NCBI GenBank assembly: GCA_964604155.1
Contig: CAZRXY010000101.1
Coordinates: forward strand, 307 to 64,306
DNA from: an uncultured Candidatus Cloacimonadota bacterium
GTDB lineage: Bacteria; Cloacimonadota; Cloacimonadia; Cloacimonadales; TCS61
DNA length: 64,000 nucleotides
Reading direction: 5' to 3'
Made by a program: the position numbers and the translations under genes. Positions 1-9,049 of the stretch are shown here, one piece after another; the first letter of the stretch is position 1, and every line of letters begins with the position of its first letter. The notes beneath the pieces were generated by a model, which worked only from the letters and a program-made list of their open reading frames with translations, was not told where the DNA came from and did no database searches.

Positions 1-1899
1 TTATTAATTGTAATTTTCATAATCCCGTTGCTGCTTTTCAGTCAGTTTTTGGAGGAAGGCTTTGAAAGTGGTGATTTATCATCCTACGATTGGGAATTAT
101 CAGGAAGTGCATATTGGTTTGTAACAGGTAGTTTCCCTTTCAGTGGAGATTATTGTGCCCGAGGTGGTACCTTGAATCACAATCAGAGTACTACAATCGA
201 GATCACACTTGACTTTCCAAATTCCGGCATACTATCTTTCGCCTGGAAAGTGAGCAGTGAGCTGAATTATGACTTTTTAAGGTTCTATCTGGATGATGAG
301 CAAATGGCACAAATATCGGGAACGGTTGCCTGGACACAGGTGGCATATGAACTGTCGGCAGGGATTCATAATCTGCGCTGGAGCTATGTGAAAGATTACA
401 GTGTATCATCCGGGAATGATACGGGTTGGATAGACGACGTCAATTTTTTTATTCTGGAGCCGAGTTATGATTATGATTTGGAAATTGTCAATCTGGTTGG
501 TCCTGAATATTTAACCGGTGGCAGTGAGTATAACTATGAGGTAACGGTTCGTAACAATGGCAGTTATAATTTTACTGGTTACTCTGTGAGTCTTGTAAAC
601 GGTGAAGGAATGGAATATGATTCGGAGACGATATACTGGATGCTGCCTCCGGGAGAAGAGCGTATTGTGGAACTGACAATAGACCTGGAAGAGGCTTGCC
701 CCGATACAGTGAAAGCGCTTTATGGCTATGGTTGTTTAGTTAATGACGAAAATCCTGAAAATGATTATAGTGGAAAACTTGATATCCACCAGGCTGGGGC
801 AGATTATCACTTTGCCCATATTGGCGGGGCAGAAACTTATACTAACCTGATCCCGGTAAATTTTCTTCGCAAAGCGAGTATATATCAGACAATCTATTTT
901 GCTGATGAGCTGCAGCAAACAGGTGCTATCAGGAGTATAGATTTATTCAATGATTTTGCCAATCCTGTTTTTGTAACGAACCTGCGAATCTGGATTGGAG
1001 AAACTGAATGCAGCACATTACATGACGGCTGGATAGGTGCAGATAGCCTGCAACTGGTTTTTGACAACGAATATGAATTTTCAGCGGGGTCAAATTTGAT
1101 CAATATTACCCTTGAAAACCTTTTTGAATACAATGGCGGTAATCTGGTGATGATGATAGAAAAGGCTTATGAAGATGAATTAAATAGCTGGCAATCAAAT
1201 TTCAGATACAGCGAGATCATGGGAGAAGAAGCAGGTAGAACCAGATTTAATTACAGTGACTTGGGAAATTTTGACCCCACGAATCTGCAAAGTGGAATTT
1301 TATGTGACTGGGTGGCAAATACTGTGTTTACCATCTCCCCGGTTCCCTATGGGCATCTTGCGGGTATTATCTATAACGAAATGCAGCTTCCTTTAAGTGG
1401 AGCCCAGATAAGTATATCTGATTACAACTGGACGGGAGAAAGTGACAGTCTTGGTTGCTTTTTGATAGAGCGGATTGATATTGGCACATATACAATGGTT
1501 GTGGAGATGGAAGGCTACGAGATATACGAAGCTGAGATAGAGATAATATCAGGAGAATTAACTGAGGTTGAGGTTATAATGCAGGAAGCTTCCGGCATAA
1601 TTAATGAGGAGATTGTCTGTCATCGGGCTGCAATTGGAAAGATTTATCCTAATCCCTTTTATCCTGGTAAAAATCGCAGCAATCTGAAAATAGATTTAGA
1701 ACTAAATACGGCAGATTTACCTGCTAAACTTGGTATTTATGATATCAAGGGAAGAAAAATTGCCGAAAGAGTAATTAGCAAAGCAGGATCGGTTAGCTGG
1801 GATGCATTATCCGGCTCTTCTGCTTCCGGCATATATCTATTTAAACTGACAACTGCAAACGGGCAATCTGATAGTTCCCGACTTTTACTGGTTAAATAG
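1..1899 (+). CDS. Secreted multidomain T9SS cargo protein, 5' end cut by window edge
   Basis: Frame 1 is open from base 1 with no stop before the TTG at 28, so the gene begins upstream. The C-terminus (KIYPNPFYPGKNRSNLKIDLEL..LGIYDIKGRKI..SGIYLFKLTT..LLLVK) fits the Por/T9SS type-A sorting-domain pattern. DLEIVNLVGPEYL..YEVTVRNNG looks CARDB-like. GHLAGIIYNE..ISISD..GTYTMVVEMEGYE looks carboxypeptidase-regulatory-like. Confidence 0.7.
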   Translation, partial: LLIVIFIIPLLLFSQFLEEGFESGDLSSYDWELSGSAYWFVTGSFPFSGDYCARGGTLNHNQSTTIEITLDFPNSGILSFAWKVSSELNYDFLRFYLDDEQMAQISGTVAWTQVAYELSAGIHNLRWSYVKDYSVSSGNDTGWIDDVNFFILEPSYDYDLEIVNLVGPEYLTGGSEYNYEVTVRNNGSYNFTGYSVSLVNGEGMEYDSETIYWMLPPGEERIVELTIDLEEACPDTVKALYGYGCLVNDENPENDYSGKLDIHQAGADYHFAHIGGAETYTNLIPVNFLRKASIYQTIYFADELQQTGAIRSIDLFNDFANPVFVTNLRIWIGETECSTLHDGWIGADSLQLVFDNEYEFSAGSNLINITLENLFEYNGGNLVMMIEKAYEDELNSWQSNFRYSEIMGEEAGRTRFNYSDLGNFDPTNLQSGILCDWVANTVFTISPVPYGHLAGIIYNEMQLPLSGAQISISDYNWTGESDSLGCFLIERIDIGTYTMVVEMEGYEIYEAEIEIISGELTEVEVIMQEASGIINEEIVCHRAAIGKIYPNPFYPGKNRSNLKIDLELNTADLPAKLGIYDIKGRKIAERVISKAGSVSWDALSGSSASGIYLFKLTTANGQSDSSRLLLVK

Positions 1900-1912
1900 G
1901 GCAGGGGGAAAA

Positions 1913-4900
1913 ATGAAAAAACTGATGATAATTTTATTGATGACTTTTTTAGCCGGCAGCCTGCTGGGCTGGGTAGTAGAAACCGGCACACTTGAAGATT
2001 TTGTGTATGGCACTGATGAGAATCTGGAATATGATAACTGGCTTTCACACGTAGTTGAGAGGGTAGCCAGTCCAAATTATAATCTGTATGCACCTTACGA
2101 CCGGCAGACTACCGGATTTGGCAGCTACACTGTGCCCAATACTGATCAGCTTTATGCCTTTTATTCTATCACCGAGTTACTTAATAATCAGCAGTACGAT
2201 CTCGCAGATAACATGCTGCAAAGTACGGGCTTACCTTTCACTCTGGTGGAATTTAATGATACTGTGAGCGGCAACATTTATTGGATAATCAGAGAAAACC
2301 TGAATATGAATTATATAGATGACAACGGCACGCCGGATTGGGATGGCGATGATGAAGTGGGCTCTTTTGACTACGGCTGGGGGCTTTATATTTTTAATCC
2401 TGCGGCAGAATATCCCGTAATTATCACTTCCCCGCATAACACCGATGATTTTTTTACTCTGCCTGTTTCTTTGAAGCTCTTTCGGGAAACAAATGCTTAT
2501 GCCCTTATGGCAAGCGGGGTAGGCAGAGAAGTGCTCTATAATACCAGCTATGGTTATTATTCCAATTCTTTCAGCCTTTGCGACCCTACTCGTCAGGAAG
2601 ATACGGTTTTTAACAAAGTGTATCAGGCAAGCTGTGATTATCTGCGGATTATCCATGATCATCGGGAGCTTAGTATTCAAATACATTCCTATGACTGGAA
2701 CAGGCACCTCTGGTATGCAAGCAACCAGATTTCTGCCGGCTGGGGTAAGAATAATCCGGGCATCCCGATCAGAGATTATTCTGATTACGGAATGGACATT
2801 ATCAACCAGGGTGACGAGTGGATGCTTCCTGCTAACAGCGTGGGTATTCATCCCGCAGTGCATCTGAATGATTACTATTCTGTGAATTGCAGCAATTACC
2901 CTTTTATGTATTCGAATCAGGATACCACTTTTGCAGTAAATACTGAAGTAGATCTGGTGGGGTATCGCTATAACAGACAAATGGTTTATACTTGCAGCGG
3001 CTGGAACGATAATCTCACCTACGGCCCGTTTTTTCATATTGAAATGGATGAATTACCCAATTGCTACCCGCAGACCGAAGCTAATTACTGGTGGTTCTAC
3101 GGTTATGATCCCATCACTGAGCGTTTTGATTATGATCATCTGTTTGACCGTGCTCTTGCTTTCAATACACCTTGGATAGAAGACCTTGCAGCAGTGATAC
3201 CTGCCATTTTTGAATATGATGACGGAGAAATCCCTACATCATGCTCTCCATTGCAAATTGTGAGCCAGAATTATGATCGCGTGGAACTTAGCTGGGAAAA
3301 AACAAACTGCTATGATTATAAAACTTACGAAATTCTATATTCAGAAGAGCCTGTCGCTAATGGGAATTATGAAATTTGGGACAACAGCAACGATAGCAAT
3401 ATGAATAATTCTGCCCGAACATATACAGTGATCACCGGGCTAAATCAGAATACAGAATACTTTTTTCAGATGCGTGTTTTGGATGCCAACGATAATTATT
3501 CTGAGCTTTCCAATGAGGTATCCTGTCTTACGGGAACCGCCAGATTACGCTACGAGAAAGCAGTAGCCAGAGACAGTACGGTACATTTCTCTTTTAATGC
3601 CTACAGACAAGATCAGAATGCCGGATTCCTCATCTACCGCAAAGCCGAACACGAAAATGAATATTTTCTTAGAGACAGTTGGCAGACAAATCCCAATCTG
3701 ATAGCCCTGAATGGTGTGAATAATTACACCTACAATTGGACAGACACGCTGGTGACAAACTGGGTGGAATATGCCTACATAGCAGCCAGCACGGATTCTA
3801 CCGGTAATGAATACTGGCATAATTATCCCAGTAGAGCTACACCATTTGATATATACACGCTGTTATTTACGCATGAAGGCGGGGAAATAACCGATGAAAT
3901 CTGGTTTGGCTCAAATCCCAATGCCTCGAGTGGCTGGGATGCTGATTATGATATTGATCAGGATGAAAGCCCCTCAGGTGACTATGTATTTGCGGAATTT
4001 TATGAAGAAGACTGGGATTATCATGGAAGCATGATTCAGCAGATAGAAGGTGGATATGATTTTGATATAGAACTAAGAAGCTGGGTCTTCCGTGTGACTT
4101 CTAATCAATCTAACGATGAGATCACTATTCAGGCTTTGGGTCAATTTCTGAGAGATGGGCGCAAACTTTATATCATTGATCAGCTCTCGGGACAGATAGT
4201 TAATCTTCTGGAAGGTGATTATACTTATTTAAACAGCAGTGGGTCCTGGAGATATTTCACGCTTTACTGGGGAAATATTCTGCCGGATGTGGTTTTTACT
4301 AATCCTGCCGGATATATTTATCAGGTAGGCGAAACTGCATCATTTAGCTGGAATATCGCCAGAAATTATCTATTGCAGAATTTTAATATCTACATCGTCT
4401 CACCCACAGAATCAATACTGATAGGTGAGAATTTGCCACCCTTTTTTAATCAGATTAATTGGACAGTGCCCGATGGACTTCTACTGGAGGATGCCCGTAT
4501 CGTTATAGATGTTTTGATGATAGATGGCGACAGACGGCAATATACTTCAGGTTTCACATTTGGTTGCGTGCCATCCACCTTTGCTCTGGCATATCCGGCA
4601 GGATATCGTCTGGCGGCAAATCCTTTCATGGGTATCAGCAGCATACAGGAGCTTCTGGATGATGCCGATCTTTATATCCTGCAGAATGGTGAATATAACC
4701 AGGATATAGCCTACTTCTATGGACGGGGCTATTTTCTGGACAGCTATTTTGGCTCAGTTAATTTAGTGGAAGCAGGCATTCAGTCCGGCAATGATCAATT
4801 TAATTTACAAAGTGGCTGGAACATTGTGCCAAACCCGCATCTTACCGGTATAAAGCGCGATGACATCATTATAATTACTCCTGCCCTGGAAATGACCTTT

Positions 4901-5833
4901 GCCGAAGCGGTGCAATATGACCTGGTGGAAAGCGTGATCTATAATTATGATCAGGGCTGGCACGAAACTGATTATGTATATCCTACAGAAGCTTTTTTAT
5001 TGTATTGCTATTCAGATGAGCTACAGGTAAAATTTGTGCCTTATAACAGTAATCATAACTGGCTGATCAGGGAAGCTTATGATCTTAAGGTAAAACTAAC
5101 GGCAAGCCAGAACACCGGAGTGGCAGACGATCTCATGCTGGCTCTAAATATTGCGGCATCTGATGGTTATGATAAACTCTATGATCTGGCAGAACCCTGC
5201 AATACTCCCGGGACGGATAATCTGAATTTTTATACTATCATGGATTCCGCGATGGCGGAGCTTAGCAAGTACAATCAAGACACAAAAGCAGTATATGATC
5301 TATTTAGTGAGAGGCGGGACTGGAATTTTGGCATCTCCTGTGACCAGCTTATGCCGGTGAATATCTCTCTTTCAAACAGCGAATTGCCGGAAGATGTGGT
5401 AGTGATCATCACAATTGATGGAATAGAACATGACTTAAGCAGGCAGGGTGATCTAATGCTGGAGCCGGATGATCACAATATCGAGGGAATTCTCAGTTTC
5501 GTTCCTGTCTGGATGTCTGAAGATCATAACGACGTGATCTCGGTAATCGGGCTGATAAATTATCCAAACCCCTTCTACTACGGCAATTCTCGCTCTCAAG
5601 GTATCAAAGTATCATTTAATCTTCCCAGCAGTGAAAAAGTAAATTTGAGTGTTTATAACATCAAAGGACAAAAAGTAGCAGAACTGGCGAATGATGTATT
5701 TGAAGCGGGAAAACACTCGATAGATTGGTACCTTACGGATACTGGGAATCGTTCGGTAGCATCCGGTGTATATTTCACCAGGCTTGATACAGGCAAAATC
5801 CAGAAATTCAGCAAACTGGTTATAATCAAATAA
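1913..5833 (+). CDS. Very large (1306 aa) secreted T9SS cargo protein with an FN3-like domain; N-terminal ~430 aa unassigned
   Basis: N-terminal signal peptide MKKLMIILLMTFLAGSLLG. FN3-like segment: LQIVSQNYDRVELSWEKT..YEILYSEE..YTVITGLNQNTEYFFQMRVLDANDNYSELSNEV. T9SS tail: INYPNPFYYGNSRSQGIKVSFNL..LSVYNIKGQKVAEL..SGVYFTRLDTG..KLVIIK. Confidence 0.7.
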   Translation: MKKLMIILLMTFLAGSLLGWVVETGTLEDFVYGTDENLEYDNWLSHVVERVASPNYNLYAPYDRQTTGFGSYTVPNTDQLYAFYSITELLNNQQYDLADNMLQSTGLPFTLVEFNDTVSGNIYWIIRENLNMNYIDDNGTPDWDGDDEVGSFDYGWGLYIFNPAAEYPVIITSPHNTDDFFTLPVSLKLFRETNAYALMASGVGREVLYNTSYGYYSNSFSLCDPTRQEDTVFNKVYQASCDYLRIIHDHRELSIQIHSYDWNRHLWYASNQISAGWGKNNPGIPIRDYSDYGMDIINQGDEWMLPANSVGIHPAVHLNDYYSVNCSNYPFMYSNQDTTFAVNTEVDLVGYRYNRQMVYTCSGWNDNLTYGPFFHIEMDELPNCYPQTEANYWWFYGYDPITERFDYDHLFDRALAFNTPWIEDLAAVIPAIFEYDDGEIPTSCSPLQIVSQNYDRVELSWEKTNCYDYKTYEILYSEEPVANGNYEIWDNSNDSNMNNSARTYTVITGLNQNTEYFFQMRVLDANDNYSELSNEVSCLTGTARLRYEKAVARDSTVHFSFNAYRQDQNAGFLIYRKAEHENEYFLRDSWQTNPNLIALNGVNNYTYNWTDTLVTNWVEYAYIAASTDSTGNEYWHNYPSRATPFDIYTLLFTHEGGEITDEIWFGSNPNASSGWDADYDIDQDESPSGDYVFAEFYEEDWDYHGSMIQQIEGGYDFDIELRSWVFRVTSNQSNDEITIQALGQFLRDGRKLYIIDQLSGQIVNLLEGDYTYLNSSGSWRYFTLYWGNILPDVVFTNPAGYIYQVGETASFSWNIARNYLLQNFNIYIVSPTESILIGENLPPFFNQINWTVPDGLLLEDARIVIDVLMIDGDRRQYTSGFTFGCVPSTFALAYPAGYRLAANPFMGISSIQELLDDADLYILQNGEYNQDIAYFYGRGYFLDSYFGSVNLVEAGIQSGNDQFNLQSGWNIVPNPHLTGIKRDDIIIITPALEMTFAEAVQYDLVESVIYNYDQGWHETDYVYPTEAFLLYCYSDELQVKFVPYNSNHNWLIREAYDLKVKLTASQNTGVADDLMLALNIAASDGYDKLYDLAEPCNTPGTDNLNFYTIMDSAMAELSKYNQDTKAVYDLFSERRDWNFGISCDQLMPVNISLSNSELPEDVVVIITIDGIEHDLSRQGDLMLEPDDHNIEGILSFVPVWMSEDHNDVISVIGLINYPNPFYYGNSRSQGIKVSFNLPSSEKVNLSVYNIKGQKVAELANDVFEAGKHSIDWYLTDTGNRSVASGVYFTRLDTGKIQKFSKLVIIK

Positions 5834-5852
5834 TATGTTTCTGTTATCCAAG

Positions 5853-5882
5853 AAAAACGCCGGATATTTTCCGGCGTTTTTT
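5853..5882. terminator. Bidirectional rho-independent terminator between convergent genes
   Basis: aaaaaCGCCGGAtatttTCCGGCGtttttt. GC-rich stem 5858-5864 / 5870-5876 with a 5-nt loop, an A-run on the left and a T-run on the right. It serves the + gene ending at 5833 and the - gene ending at 5960. Confidence 0.85.
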
Positions 5883-5959
5883 ATTATATTCTCTCGTCTT
5901 TGAGCCAGCAGGGCTCATATGAGTATCTTTTGAAAACACACTCTATGAAAATTGAGCAA

Positions 5960-7066
5960 TTAAATACCGGATAAATTATACTTGGAAATATAGTCGTCTC
6001 TTAATTGATCAATTGATATCAGATTTCCATCACGTATTATATACCAGAATTTCCAGCCATTATTTGCCTGTTTACCGATCAGTTTTGCACTAAGACTGTG
6101 AATTGAACCTGATAGTGAATTATTAGTAATAAGAGTACCCGAAGCCAATACAGTGGCGGAGAAATTTTTATCTTTAGAATAGATTTGTTCTCCAATATTG
6201 ATCATACCATCTTCGATTAATGAACCGATAGGCACTCGGGGAGGTTTGATATCATCCACTTGGCATAAGTGTCTATTATCAATAGGCTTAATGGAATCTA
6301 TTCTTTTTTCTGCTTCTTCGATATAGAGTTCTTCTTTTTCTATACCTATATAATTCCTGTTCAGTAATTTTGCCGCAGCAGCAGTGGTACCGCTACCCAT
6401 AAACGGATCAAGAATCAGGTCTCCGATATTTGAGCTTGAGAGGATTACTCTGTTAAGCAGTTCTAAGGGTTTCTGGGTCGAATGCACCTTTTTCCCATCT
6501 TTTTTTAACCTTTCTTTGCCCGAACAGATAGGCAGATACCAGTCACTTCTCATCTGCAAATCATCGTTGAAAGTTTTCATAGATTTGTAATGGAAAGTGT
6601 AATTTGATTTTTTTGATTTTGCTGCCCAGATCAATGTTTCGTGAGCGTTATTGAATCTGGTTCCCTTGAAATTAGGCATCGGATTGCTTTTTATCCAGAT
6701 TATATCATTTAATATCCAAAAGCCAATATCCTGAATAATCGATCCGATACGGAAAATGTTATGATAACTGCCAATCACCCAGATTGTACCATTTTCCTTT
6801 AGAACACGATGGCATTCCCGCAGCCATTGAGTGGAAAAATTATCATACATCTTAAATGAAGAAAATTTATCCCACTTATCATTTACGCTATTGACAAGTG
6901 ATTGATTTGGGCGATATAAATCATTATCAAGCTGAAGACTATAAGGAGGATCAGCAAAGATCATATCTATTGAGTTATCGGGCAAAAATTTAAGCTTTTC
7001 CAGACAATCACCATGGATTATGGAATTAACAAGTTTTGCATCAACCTCATTACAACTACTTTTCAT
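5960..7066 (-). CDS. CcrM / M.HinfI-family (beta-class) N6-adenine DNA methyltransferase with CcrM-type C-terminal domain
   Basis: Catalytic motif IFADPPYSL and AdoMet motif ILDPFMGSGTTAAAAK, in beta-class order. Long collinear matches to my memory of Caulobacter CcrM: WVIGSYHNIFR, GFWILNDIIW.KSNPMPNFKGTRF.NAHETLIWA, QMRSDW..P.C.G.ER.K, H.TQKP..LL.RVILS, PRVP.G..IE, LSGSIH, NGW..W. Confidence 0.85.
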   Translation of the reverse strand: MKSSCNEVDAKLVNSIIHGDCLEKLKFLPDNSIDMIFADPPYSLQLDNDLYRPNQSLVNSVNDKWDKFSSFKMYDNFSTQWLRECHRVLKENGTIWVIGSYHNIFRIGSIIQDIGFWILNDIIWIKSNPMPNFKGTRFNNAHETLIWAAKSKKSNYTFHYKSMKTFNDDLQMRSDWYLPICSGKERLKKDGKKVHSTQKPLELLNRVILSSSNIGDLILDPFMGSGTTAAAAKLLNRNYIGIEKEELYIEEAEKRIDSIKPIDNRHLCQVDDIKPPRVPIGSLIEDGMINIGEQIYSKDKNFSATVLASGTLITNNSLSGSIHSLSAKLIGKQANNGWKFWYIIRDGNLISIDQLRDDYISKYNLSGI

Positions 7067-7113
7067 TTTCTCTTCACTCTCTTTCTTGCCGAAATAATTC
7101 AGATAGCAAAAAC

Positions 7114-8871
7114 TTATTCCTGCACTGGGAAGATATCTATGATATCATTCACATAGCGTAAAATCAAGGCTGCATCATAGACATCGATCACACTATTGCC
7201 ATCTACGTCTGCGGCGGTGAATTGCCAGGTTTCCCAGCCCGTTACCAGTTGAACTACATATTGCAGAACCAGTGAGGCATCATAAGCCTCTACCGCTCCA
7301 TTACCATCAATATCACCATACATAAGCATAAAATCAAGGTCATGAAATCCCAGATTGGTAAAAGTATCCTGAGGGAACTGAAGCCAGTCCTCAGCATCAT
7401 AACCGGTGCTTGCCTGCATAATTGAGCTTTGGCGAACCAGGGTCATATCTTTACCCCAGTCGCTTGATGAATTTACCACTCCCACCAAATCCACCATACT
7501 GCCTTCAAAATACAGTGCAACTGCATCATTCCCATTAAAAGTGAGGCACTGGCTGTTAATTGCAAAATCCACAAAATCTTCGTCCGTGAGGTCATTTACG
7601 CCATTATTGTCGTAACATACCACAAAAACATCCCAGGGAGAAATAATGCCTGATAATAAAAGCTCATTACCAAAACTGCCGCTGCCATTTGTCTGCTTCC
7701 TCAAACTCCAGCCGGAAAGGTCTAATGATTGCGGTGAGCCATTAAATATTTCCAGAGCTTTATGATAGCCGCTACCTTCCACATATTCCGAAATGATGAC
7801 AAAATCTCCTCCAGTTATCTCTTCCATCAAGGTAAATTCGCTCTCACTTTCATCCCAGACTTCTCCGTCCGGTGAGCTTATCCTGAGGCGATACTGCTCA
7901 CTTTCTGCATAGCTGCTTCCCAGTGCCCATAAAAAAATGCCGTCATCCATCTCATTCTCAGCAATGATAAATTCCTCATCATTCAGCAATAACGTTATAT
8001 CTACGAGATCATAGTATTCCTGAGATGTCCAGGTGATCTCATACTGCTGGCCAAAATACCAGATTTCACCTCCATTGGGAGTAATCAGATTTAACTGAGA
8101 ATTTCCGCTCTCATAATACCAGATGCGCTCTATGAGTGAATCATCGATCACAAAGGGATTGGGTTTGTTTTGCTGGTATGCTGCAATTGCCCAGGTGCGG
8201 CTGGTTTCTGCTTCATCGGCAGGGTCTTGCAAATGCCACTGATATAGCACATCCATCTGATTATCCATAAAGGAATTAATAATATTGTCATAATACATGG
8301 CATAAAAATAGAACATAGACCTGGCGATATTTCCCTTGGCATCTTCGCGGGGCTCCCACTGATGATCACCATCATTTTCTTTTTCTGAATATTCATCGAT
8401 ATTGGTGGCAGGAATCTGATTCATTACCTCATTTAAGCGATACCAGACATCCGTATTTACATCCGGTATTTCATTGAAAGGAGAATTTGAGCGTGACGAA
8501 TTGACATTACTTTTGCAGGGATACAGGTGGTGCATATCACTGCGTTGCGGTTCCTGATCTGCACCATAACTCTGGGGCCAGGTATGCTCACAATCTATAC
8601 CCATCTGATATGCCTGAGTGGAAGGATCCTGCTCGGGGTCTATAGTTATTGTGAACCCGGAATAAATGCAGGATACTTGATTACCCGGCTGTAAATCTAT
8701 CTCGCCATACAAAATATCTCTTGCCAGATCATAGCCCAGAGTCACAGGGGTCTTATAATTATCCAATAAAAAATCCCAAAGCTGATCTTCATATATTCCA
8801 GGAGCAATTATCTCTGCTGAGGAAAACGCAACTATCAGCAGGATAAATATTAATGCACTATATCTCTTCAT
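7114..8871 (-). CDS. Secreted Endonuclease-I family nuclease fused to a lamin-tail (LTD) domain and a C-terminal type-I dockerin
   Basis: Signal peptide MKRYSALIFILLIVAFSSA. Endonuclease-I motifs CEHTWPQSYG and DMHHLYPCKSNVNSSRSNSPF. LTD-like FVIISEYVEGSGYHKALEIFNGS..LDLSGWSL. Duplicated dockerin Ca-binding repeats GDIDGNGAVEAYDASLVLQYVV and ADVDGNSVIDVYDAALILRYV. Confidence 0.8.
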   Translation of the reverse strand: MKRYSALIFILLIVAFSSAEIIAPGIYEDQLWDFLLDNYKTPVTLGYDLARDILYGEIDLQPGNQVSCIYSGFTITIDPEQDPSTQAYQMGIDCEHTWPQSYGADQEPQRSDMHHLYPCKSNVNSSRSNSPFNEIPDVNTDVWYRLNEVMNQIPATNIDEYSEKENDGDHQWEPREDAKGNIARSMFYFYAMYYDNIINSFMDNQMDVLYQWHLQDPADEAETSRTWAIAAYQQNKPNPFVIDDSLIERIWYYESGNSQLNLITPNGGEIWYFGQQYEITWTSQEYYDLVDITLLLNDEEFIIAENEMDDGIFLWALGSSYAESEQYRLRISSPDGEVWDESESEFTLMEEITGGDFVIISEYVEGSGYHKALEIFNGSPQSLDLSGWSLRKQTNGSGSFGNELLLSGIISPWDVFVVCYDNNGVNDLTDEDFVDFAINSQCLTFNGNDAVALYFEGSMVDLVGVVNSSSDWGKDMTLVRQSSIMQASTGYDAEDWLQFPQDTFTNLGFHDLDFMLMYGDIDGNGAVEAYDASLVLQYVVQLVTGWETWQFTAADVDGNSVIDVYDAALILRYVNDIIDIFPVQE

Positions 8872-8893
8872 AATTCACCTCTTTTTTTATAAA

Positions 8894-8918
8894 ATCTGCA
8901 ATGAACTTATCTGCAATG
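8894..8918. repeat. Direct repeat ATCTGCAATG x2 (15-bp period) just upstream of the nuclease gene start
   Basis: Read directly: ATCTGCAATG at 8894-8903 and again at 8909-8918, which is 23-47 nt upstream of the start codon at 8871 (minus strand). Confidence 0.5.
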
Positions 8919-9049
8919 GTCAATCAAGTCAAGTAAATTATGGGAATCCTTAATTTATAAGTGCTGGATAGCAGAATATCTGAACAAATTATTTGACGTG
9001 AACACTTAGCCTCACAAATCTGCCCGGTAAAAGAAATTTTGGAGGAAAC

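Noticed and set aside
2231-3037. 268-aa ORF antisense to the 1306-aa T9SS cargo gene.
   Set aside because: It is entirely nested in a domain-bearing sense ORF, has Ile/Arg-rich low-complexity composition and no recognisable motif or SD. This is a typical shadow ORF. The same reasoning applies to 9227-9610(-), 21570-22028(-), 22089-22601(-), 29260-29700(-), 55471-55962(+), the many + strand ORFs inside pilB/pilQ/the Ig lipoprotein, and 63667-63909(+).
5960-8871. Nuclease plus methyltransferase as a type II restriction-modification pair.
   Set aside because: The nuclease has a signal peptide, a non-specific Endonuclease-I catalytic domain, and LTD and dockerin modules, so it is extracellular and not a cognate cytoplasmic restriction enzyme.
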